Origin: Hormiphora californensis
Taxonomy: Eukaryota > Animalia > Ctenophora
Length of the DNA: 64,000 bases
Assembly (NCBI GenBank): GCA_020137815.1
Contig: CM035354.1
Coordinates: forward strand, 3,596,001 to 3,660,000
Direction of reading: 5' to 3'
Translations under genes and position numbers: made by a program
The notes under the pieces: generated by a model
Told to the model about the DNA's origin: nothing
The model's database searches: none
The model's input: only the letters and a program-made list of their open reading frames with translations
Part shown: piece after piece, positions 53,701 through 64,000 of the stretch
Numbering within the stretch: the first letter of the stretch is position 1
How the letters are laid out: every line of letters starts with the position of its first letter

Positions 53701-54421
53701 AGGCAGTGATTCAAGGGCATTGTTCCACTGTTTCACGTCCTCTCCCTCTCCCTCTAGCGGCTCCAATTCCTGTGGAAAAAAGATTTATACACTGCATTCA
53801 AGTATTGAGAGGAAATTCCGTTCGGAGTAAGAAAGTAAAATGGCACGGGTAAAGGGGATTACTTTATTTGTCTGTAGACGTGTTTTAATGCGGCTCAATT
53901 TAGCTGCAACTGCCTTCGTGTCTTCTCTAACACTCTCATCAGCAAGACCCATCTTGAACACTTGGTCAATGATCTGAAACAATTTGATATCACATGAATT
54001 ATAGCTCTATCAGAATAATTGGCAGTGTGCACGAGATCACTAGAAACACAACCAAGATTCCCACAGGAAACATTTGATACCATCTGATACCACATGCCAC
54101 ATGATGCAGTGATTGTGACTAAGGTTCAATATTACCCTGTCTGCCGGTGCCACACCCCGCTTGGATTCTCGACAGTGCACTTGCAATCGGCACCAATAGA
54201 CAAACATTACCTTGTCTTGCTCGACCCCGCACAAATGTAAAGAATGGTTAGAACATAACAGATATCACATCGGTGATTGTTACACTCAATTAATACTTTA
54301 CCTTGGTGATTGTAACAGGATGTCGGTCTTTTATAGAGAGGTAACAGAATGTGTCCGTGTGTTGACCAGTCAGTTTATCAGGGGCTGTGGACCCGAACAA
54401 TACATCCTTGATATAGTCCAT
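50756..54421 (-). CDS. ARMT1: Damage-control phosphatase ARMT1 / DUF89
   Basis: Exons encode [12 protein letters not shown]|[68 protein letters not shown] and LRTVKSD. One small internal exon is unresolved. Confidence 0.92.
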
Positions 54422-54695
54422 CAGCTGCTACAAGTGTGTTGGGTGAGTGTTATTGAGAAACAGGGGGAATCTGTCAGAGCATTGGCCTGACCCTATTTTC
54501 ATTTCTTTCAAATGGTCTGACAGGTGGAATCGATAGCAAGATACATATATGGGTGGGCCAAGAATAAAGAAGGATACATGTTGCTGACATTAAAAAGATA
54601 GATTGATAAAACAATGAATAATTTAGCGTTACATATTGATACGATTAATAACCACTACAGTCCAGTATTATAACATACCCCTCCCCTCTACATTA

Positions 54696-57600
54696 TCAGT
54701 TCATTCTATCAGCAGGACGTTTGGATCCACTAGTCTTTGTATCTTGTAGCCACCGCACCTGTGTAGCTGGCCCGTATCCCTTCTCATTCTTGGCCGCAAT
54801 TCGGAAAATAATGGCGGGTTTATTGGTTTGGTCAACATGTGCGTTCTGTAGGCTGCTAGTCTTGACCGTGCAGCTTGGGCTGTCATCTGAAGAGAGTAGG
54901 TGAGTAAGAATATATTCGAGGTAGAGAAATCAAAAGAGATTATTACCTCTGTAGACGAGAACAAAGGCGAGGGAGCTTGGTGTTTCGATACTCTGAGAGT
55001 TCTTGATTGCCAAGTATACTGAGTATTCGGATATGTTTCCATTTGTGTTTGCTGGTGGATCCCATGCTAAATGAGCCCCATCTGCTCCCTGAAAACATCG
55101 GAATTTAAGATCAGGAAACTGTTGGATATCGAAATGACCAAAACAAGTCTGCATCCCGCGGCAAGAGACAGTACACATGTGCGCGCCCCCATCCGCGCCA
55201 TAACGGGGGTCATTTCTGCACAAGAACTGTTTCGCGCGCGCCGCTAAAAGACTCCAGAATCTGTGACAAAGGCTCTTGCCACAACAAATTCTGAAACCAT
55301 CGGGGTACCTTTGAAATTCTGATAGAAGATGGTGCCCCGGGGAAGCCAGGAATACAAGTCTTGAACGCTGCAGGCTCGGAGAATTCACCCCGCCCACAGG
55401 CATTGATAGCCGCAATACGGAATCGATATGTGGTCCCTGGACTCAACTCTAAGCGTTCTATCGTCTTGTTGTCGTCTATCTGGGGACGGGAGGGTTTAGA
55501 GACACTAAATACACTAGACAGTGTTCTAGGTGCAGATGGGGTTATCTGCAGCCATGGTAACGGGTTAGCATAATGCGGAAATATTTGCACGTGCAGATCA
55601 GTTTCCTTCGTTTACTATTTGCTTTTGTTGCTCTCAAAAACGCTCGTGAAACACTTGAATCTGGTACCACAATGTGGTTTCCACTTCTTACCCAAATCTT
55701 AATGATTTCGTTTATGACCCAAGGTATGTTTGCGTCGCTAACTGTACTTTGGACACACATATATTGCCTTTTTTCACTTGTTTTCAACCTGTATTTGCTT
55801 GCCGATTATCAGCCTATATTCATGTACCTTTTGTGTGTGTTTTCGACATAAATATCAACACATTCATTGCACCACTAGATCATAAAGAAAATATTGACAT
55901 GAAAGATCCTACTAAGATAGAAACTTTGCCGATGGGGCTCTTAGAGCCGACAATGACCGATGGGGTAATCATGTCCAGAGGCCATATCGCCTACCAGCCT
56001 GCTGAAACCTCCGAAATGGTTCCCTTTCTAATGTCTCCAGGTATACAACCAAAAAATGTCTTTCTCCAAAAGAAAATGTTATTGTTCCCAACATAGTACA
56101 AGAAGATATGCAGGGTGATAGAACTAATAGAAGTATCTTTACCTTTTCGTAAACCACATTCTGGATTAGGTGCTGATGTAGAAGAAAATGAACGCAATGT
56201 TGCTCTTCTAATCCAGAGTCACCCAGAGTTTAACCCAGCCCCGGCACATGCCCAAACCTTCGCCAATACAGGTACATTTTAAGTAGTGAAAAGCATCTAG
56301 AAATTCTCATATTTCTAGTTCCCTTAAATATTACTAGCCATACGGTCCCTGAACATCGGTTATCTGAATTAATTCCTTTATCTTCAATCATCAGATGATA
56401 AAACAGCGAGTGACACGATGAACCCTACCAAAAAGAGTGTACTGCACATGAATGATGTCATTATACAAAGTCTGGACCTGGTATTGGTGATCATTCAGCA
56501 TCCTCTTTTCAAGTTCTTGATGACAATGAGGGTAAATAATTTGAAAAAATGATTTCAAAAACTATATTCTGCCCCAACACGTCATATCATAATTCGTCTC
56601 CTTCACAGGCACCGGTTAAGAGCAAATTACGAACTTCTGACATGAAAAGTAACAGTGGGCATGAATTGGAAATAATTCCAAACTACTTAGAAGGTAATAA
56701 CAGTCCCTCAATACTATACATAATATACGTCATAGTATTGAGGATCTGTATCAGTATTAGGGTTAAGTACGGTGTACCCTAGCTCCTTACCGGTCCCCGT
56801 CCCTGATAAAACGTCACCTGTCCTCAAAATGCAAATTACTAATTATCGATTTTTTAGCTGAGAATAAGATTGGAGGATTGAAGACACCTGATACCACCCA
56901 ATTCTCATCCTTAAACTTTGGCCAAGGTGAGTCCAAAATCCAAAGTTGACAATTAAAAAAAATTGTTTACAAGTTTCAAAGTATATTTTTACTATTTAAA
57001 ATAGTAACCGAGGGTTATATAACTACCGAGGGTTATATAATTACTATATTAAACTATATCTGTTTACAGGTGATAATGGACTCAAATCGGAGAAAAGAAT
57101 CTCAGAGTCAAATCTGGTAATATACGGCCTGTTGATGATGCTGTTTTCGTCCGTCATGTTCTTGTTCATTTCGAACATGTACCTCATTTACCAGTAAGTA
57201 TTAAATATCATAGGTCGTAATATATTTTGATACCGTCTTCACAAACCTTGAACGGTTCATGGAGACATTACGAACACAAACCAGACTGCATCTCATAACG
57301 TCATTGCAGGTTGAGTAAAAGAGAGGACACGAATGTTCTAAATGTTCCGGCCACTCAAAAGAAGCATAAACCTATGACCATTACTATTACGAAAAGCTGC
57401 CAGACAGCTACGAGTCCTTCTACTTCTTGTGGGACGCAGACTGGCCCACATTCAATTCCACCTGCCATCCCACCTAGGATGCCCATCAGGGCTCCACCAC
57501 GAGTGCAACTGAGGATTCCGCCAAGAGTCCCTGCAAGAGTCCAAATGGACAAAGAGAAGTTGGAGGAAATCCTCAAACCAATACCGATGCCGGTATTCAA

Positions 57601-60600
57601 AAAGGCTCCACCATTTGAAGACATAATGGCAAGACTTCCCCCGCTCCCCCCACCGGTAGTCTTACCGAAACTGAAGAAAGTACCGTTGTTGTATAGTGGT
57701 TGTACAACTGTATAACGTACACAAATTGAATATTTTTGACCAGTATATACCTTTGAAAAACAACTTAAAACCAACTTAAAAAGTAGCCGATTGTTTTACT
57801 GATGTCGTACCACATAAAACCCTAATAACGCAGTTCCCCATTCTACCACGGATTTGTGTCCGACCAAGAGATTGGGTGAAGGATATTTACGGATGGGCTA
57901 TCCGATACAATAGTTTACTATTTACCACAGCCAAACATCAATTTACTCTTCGGGGGAAGGGTTGAAACACGGTATATCGAGGTGCACGTACAGGTAATTA
58001 GATCTGAAACATCACTACAAATTCCTATACCAGAGGATGCATTTGTATTTTACATGCGTTAATATCTGTCTGTGCTCAATCGAGGTTTGAAGATTGGCTG
58101 TTTTCACAACTCATCCTTTGTCAGTCTCTCGTGCTCAATGAGTTTGAAACTTTCAGCTACAACGTAAAACTGTTTAGTGAGGATGTTTATTGTTTTTGGG
58201 AAATGATCAATTTAAACTATGTGTTGGAAATGCCACGGCCCCGAAAGCAGAAAGCTGACCTGTTTTTATTTTTAATATGAAAAACACAACTCATTCCCGA
58301 ACAGTAAGATCGTCATCAAACAAAATAATAATGATTTCATCTATTAACACACATTGATTTTGAATATAAATAAAATAAAAGAAACAAAAAACAAATGCAC
58401 AATGCATTTTTTGTTTTGTTCTAAAATTTGATTTTATGAAGGAGCAGTTTACAATATCGAAACAATTCTACCAAATTCCATTCTCCCATCATTTCATTTT
58501 GAATACGTTTGTCGTCAACATAAATTGCAATGAGCCGATTGATTTAAATTCCTTCTTGGTGGCAATGCCAAGGCCCCAAAAGCTGTCCCTCTTTTGCCAA
58601 TTGCTTTTGTCACGTTTTTCAAACCATATATTCTACCCAACCACCATGTGGCTACCACTTCAACTACATATCTTCATGATATCGATGATATTTAGAGGTA
58701 TACCTAATATATTAGTCTCTCAATACGTTATGCGTTCAAAACGAGCCTTTTTAGCCTATGTTTGACTGTTGCTAAATAGACTTTGTTTAGGTGCCCAAAT
58801 TGACCAAACACCATGTCCACCAACCGTATCATCTGGCCAACCCTCATACTGTGACCTTGTTGAAACAGCTCCCTCCCAACTTGATTGTAAGTGTAGCTTC
58901 ACAAGTAGCAAGTGTAAACGCTTTAACCATCTAGTAACTATAACATTCATTTTATAGATATAAATCATAAATCATTAAATTATTTGTGTTCACAGGTAAT
59001 AGCAGGTGATTTCCGACAAACATCGGGACTCAGAGTTGGGACTCATTCTTCGGGACTTTCAAAGTTATCAGAAAATCAAGGGACACCTTTGGTACTTTTC
59101 TTACAGAGCCAGGAAATTCTCAATGAAATTATTGATCTACCTACAAATGAAATGATTGAAGGAGGAGAAGAAACCCGAAACACAGACAGATTGGCCAAGG
59201 TGAATTTTGATTCTGTTAACAGTTTCCACTAGCAGATAATATATGTGTTCCCGATGTGTTTTGTATCGCTACTCAGGTTGTTTAGATATCTGCACTTTCT
59301 ATGTAATGTAGGAAAATTATAGGTAACTCGAAATGTAGATGTCTTTTTTAAAACTTAACTGTTTTTAGGCGGTAAGTTGTTAGATGTCCATGAAGTGATG
59401 GGAGGTGATATTAGATAGCGTACCTGAGATCCACTACACTACGAAAGAGGACACCCCGGGTGAGTTGACAGTTTAAAACTTGTTAGAAGTTTTAGGGAAA
59501 AATTATCAGGGATATCTTTTGACGAGACTTAGGTAAGAAAGAGTTATAATTTACATTTTATTCCTCAGGAAGTCAAGCAAAGGGAAGAACTATCTTCACT
59601 TCTCGAACAACATCCTACGCGACCGAGAACATATTGGAGGGTGCTGTATTCCTACTAAAATGGATGAAGGACTTAAAAATCAACTCTGTGATTATCCAAC
59701 GGTCATACTGTGACCTTAGTAGTACATGTACGTGTTTTTAGGTAGTACTAAGATCTTTACTACGATTATTACTTGGCACCTCACATTTAAGATACACATT
59801 TCTAAGATATCACTGTTTTTAGTTGTTGGTAAAAATATTGGTCTACCGAACCAGCCACACCATGAAATGACGGAAGAAGATAAAGAAGCCCGGGACACAT
59901 CTGTACAGTTTGGCCGAGGTGAGTTTCAGTTTTGTTAACAGCTTGATAGACACCTCTTTTATAGTATTGTCACTTTGTGAGAGTTTATACTCTATTTCTT
60001 CCGTCTACAGAAACAAGTGAAAGAGGAAAAGAACAGACCTTTTCCAATGGAAGAACCTCATTCAATGCTCGATATTTATCACCAGCAACGTGTAGTTTCT
60101 TGGAGGCAACTACGGTCCTCCTAAAACTGGCAAAGACAGTGAACTTCATGTTTGAAAAGGTGCGTGTGTAGATCAAAGTAGTGGAATCTTTCTTAACAGA
60201 TTCTAATTTCTATCAATTCACCCTTTCCCCTCTTTCAGCAGGAACAAAAGAAGCCCCTTACTGATGAGCCCCTTACCGATGAGCCCCTTACCCATCACAC
60301 ATCTGCTGATGTGCAAATTCAGCCAGCAAGACCACAATTACAAATTGAGCACGTTGCGCCAGTGACATGCAGATGCGAAGAGATGTCAAGGGCACATTTA
60401 GCGCAACCCACTCCCTCCCTACTTCATGGTAAGTAAACATCGTTTCAAAGCATTCTGGTAAAGACAGTGAACTTCATGTTTGAAAAGGTGCGTGTGTAGA
60501 TCAAAGTGGTGGAATCTTTCTTAACAGATTCTAATTTCTGTCAATTTACCCTTCCCCTCCTTCAACAGGAACAAGAAAAGCCACAGACGTTTCAGCTCTT

Positions 60601-63520
60601 GGAGAGAACTGCAGCACTACCCAACCAAAACCAACCAAAGCGAGGACATTTTTTTCATCGCATGCTGCATGGTGATGATAGGTTTCATGCTAATGTTCTT
60701 CTTCATTTCGAACATATTCCTAATTTACCAGTAAGTAGCAATTAACTTGCCTTGATCGAACCTCTCTCAAGTTGTAAAGAGAACATTTATGATATAAAAC
60801 TTTTTTCAGGCTGGGTAAAAAGAAAGATAAAATATTTCAAAAGTCTGAAACAGCTGTGCGAGATAGCAGCTGCCAAACAGCACCAACCGCTACAAGGACA
60901 TTGAAAACACAAACATGTCCACCCCTTCCAAGGAACCCGGCGAGGATACCCCCGCGGATTTCTATAAAGAACTTTCCAATGCTTCCACCAAGGGTGAAGC
61001 CGAATTTGGAAGAACTTGAGAGGCTGATGAAGCCAATCGAAATGCCGGTCTTTAAACCCGCCCCACCCAATTTCATGGATGAACTAATGGCCAGGCTGCC
61101 ACCGCTACCCCCGCCAGTAGTCTACCCGAAGCTGAAAAGGGTTCCAGACATCATACTATATTCTAAGCTTTGTTTTGTGTCTCTGTTCCAGCTCTCTTCA
61201 ACAACCGTTGATATCGGTTGATATACGACAGCGACAATTCTTCTCTGTTCACCACGTTTCGTGAACATGACTACTCAACCTCAACACAATCGCCAGCAAA
61301 CGGGTTTACTAGTGTACGCTAAGTGAACAACTGTTTAAAAAAGTTAACTTGATATGTGAAGAGATACTAGCGGTAGTTGTAATTGTATTTGGAGTGATTT
61401 CTATTTCGAGATATTGTTCTGATGATTGTAACTGCATGAAACTTTGAGTAAACAAAATATCTCGCTTTCGATTAGTTCTTGATTTTGTAATGTGCTGAAT
61501 ATTGTTTTCAATTAAACCAAAATCTGCTGTTTTGTATTGTTAAAGCTCCCGTTTATACCACCTTCTGAGTTCTAAAATACAAACCGAGACCCCGCAAAGG
61601 TACCAGGGCGGAGGGCCAGGTACCCCATCCCAAAATTATAATGACTGCACCCAGGATTAGTAAGGGGTGTTCTGCCTCCAAGATACTACTTGGAGGGAGG
61701 GGAGGTATACTTACATCATCTGAGTTTGGTTTGGCGTGGTGATGTGATACAACCAGGCTATTACCCTTCACGACTGCAACATCAAACCAGTGATTCTTGT
61801 CTGGCTGCTCTAGCCTCTGGATCTGGAAATGGGGATGGGAGTATTATCGAGGCAGTCACAGCTCTGCAGTAGTACAAAGTGTTACACTAGCACCAACCTT
61901 GCTTTATTCGGCCCAGTCTCACCACGTCCCGCCCAAATGTAGTATGTAGAGGGTTAGAACATAACAACACCAACCCAACCCCACTTTCTAAACAGCACAA
62001 TCTAGCCACTATACCCCAGCACTATACAATACCTGTAGAAGGTAGGCGTCAGCTGTCACCACGGGTATCCAGCAAATCTCAAGTGTGGAGGTACTGGCCC
62101 TAATCAGCTGTACTCGGCTGGGAACGGGGGGTCTATCTGTCTCAAGAAACCAGACGTCTTTGAAACACGTCTGAAACACATGATAGTGTGGGTATGATGA
62201 ACATCTCTCTAGCTCTGCACATGATGGCTGACTAGGAGTAACCCCATATCATAATTTAACCCCGGCTACCACTCCCCGGTTTGTTTCGAATGGTCTAAGT
62301 GAGTTATGTACCTGGTTATTGTAGGCCCGGTGGAAGCCATCCCTCCCACTGATTATGTACATTCTAGAGTTAACAACAGCAGAGGCGTGGCCCGCTCTGG
62401 GTCGTGGTAGGGCATCTTCATACCCCTCTGTATACACTGGCTCCCAGGTTAGGGTCTCTGAAAGGAAAGTGTCGTATCAGTGTCAGTTTGGTAACCTTTG
62501 CAAGTCTCTGAATGAATAATTATGGTTCCCAGCACCGGTTCGCTTAGGTACACAGAAAGATTAGAAAGTATAATATGTGGGTTGTGGAGCAAAGCGAATC
62601 CTATAAACACGCACCCATGTTGAAGCAGGCGGTTGTGTTGGTACATTTGAATTCCTTCTCAGGTAGGAATACCGTCTTGTTCTTGGTTTTCTGGTTGATT
62701 GCTACCCAACCTCCGAATATGTACATCCTGGAGAGGAAGAAGGAACTTAGCTGTTGAATTTGCTATCATCCTACCCATATAATCCTGGCTACCAGATCGC
62801 TCGATCTTGTGTTCCATCCCTTCTGAGAAAGGGTCGAGGAGGGTGACATCCCATCCCTAGTCCCTACTATACTAACTTGTTTCCTATCACATTAGCTGTG
62901 TGAAGACTCCTGGGGCTTGGTGGTATACCCAGTGCACCCACTGGGATCCAGATCATCTTAGCAAGATCCAATTTCCACAGATCACCCAGTCTCTCTGCTT
63001 TACTGCTCATCCCCCCGAATATAAAGAGGCACCCGTTACGTTCCGTGGCGCCCTTAGTAGCAGCACAGGAGTGGGATTCACGGGGACACGGCGGCTGAAA
63101 ATCAGTTGTTGAGAAATCATGCAATTAATATTTCTTGAGAATCTTCCACTTCGATCCTAACACTTGTCGTACTCGCCCAGATTTCAAACAGTATGCTGAT
63201 ACTGCCCCATTTCCGTCCTCCCAAAGTATACTATTCCACCCAGCCCCACTCCCTAGTTACTCTTGCCTAGCTTGACCCCCTTTACGCGAGGGTTAGAACA
63301 TAACAAATTCACTCACGTCTCCGGCGGGGTCCACCTGAGACCAAGTCAGCGACTGTGGTTCCTCGCCCTCTGCTGGAGGGGCCAGTGAAACACAGTACAT
63401 ATCGTTTAGATAGGTAGGAATAAACAGACTCGTCTCATCCATCTCGCAGGACAGGCCTCCAAAGACATAGGCAGTGTTGCCAACCAAGGTAAAGCTGTGA
63501 CCCAACCTGGGACAAACCTG
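54696..63520 (-). CDS. HCFC1: Host cell factor (HCF) homolog: Kelch repeats plus two Fn3; 5' exons probably beyond the window
   Basis: Motifs [107 protein letters not shown] and [25 protein letters not shown]. Stop at 54696. Confidence 0.93.
55672..57715 (+). CDS. Orphan type I membrane protein A, nested antisense in HCF intron
   Basis: Signal-like [48 protein letters not shown]. Pro-rich tail ending [19 protein letters not shown]. Ectodomain exons only partly resolved. Confidence 0.7.
58646..61221 (+). CDS. Orphan type I membrane protein B, tandem paralog of A, nested antisense in HCF intron
   Basis: Signal-like [49 protein letters not shown] with the same phase-2 intron as A. Tail [19 protein letters not shown]. 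Confidence 0.7.
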
Positions 63521-64000
63521 GGATAGAAAGGATTACATCAGATCATGAACTATTTTCTCAATTCTTTCTGAAATTTCTGAGTAAAAGAAGGGTCGGTACG
63601 AGCTAGATAACAAAATGAACAACTAAAACTAAATATTAGGTCATCCAGTATTGATTGTCGTTAGGCTTGTATAGGAAAATGGTTTGAGATAGACCAAAAT
63701 GGACTTCACCACCGTTTTTCTCACTCGATTTTGGATCGGAATACAATGCCTTATATTGGTATGTGGTTGTTCTCGGTTCCCAGCAGGGTATTCTCTCTAC
63801 CCCACTCTTGTTGCCGCTGCACGGGGTTACCAACCTTTTTAAAACGAGTCTCTAGGAAAACTGGTACATTCTTTTAAGCTCCCATGGTGCTTAATCGATA
63901 GCAAATCGTCCAAGGATGATTTATATATGCGATTTAAGTCTCTGTGACTTCACTAATAACCTCTAGAGCAGTAAATGTTACACAAAAAAGCGAAAAAGTG

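Overview
Eukaryotic, intron-rich, compact animal genomic DNA. The repeat families and nested genes suggest a ctenophore (Pleurobrachia/Hormiphora-like), but that is an inference from memory and not provable here. A + strand cluster holds GUF1/LepA (last exon duplicated around a truncated L2/CR1-type LINE), a multi-pass membrane protein, an EDC4/Ge-1 homolog with an internal extended Tudor domain, and a Cys-rich type I membrane protein. It converges on a - strand cluster of HCF (Kelch+Fn3, no middle region), ARMT1/DUF89, CENP-S, tRNA-Cys, tRNA-Gln and a giant silk/collagen-like Gly-rich repeat protein. Two paralogous orphan type I membrane genes are nested antisense in an HCF intron. Many non-autonomous DNA transposons with readable TIRs/TSDs are present, some nested three deep. 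About 40.0-41.8 kb and 45.9-47.7 kb look like low-quality assembly sequence. The best novelty candidates are the EDC4-Tudor fusion and the modular silk/collagen-like protein. Gene models were spliced by eye (GT-AG, phase-checked), and family calls come from remembered motifs, not database searches.
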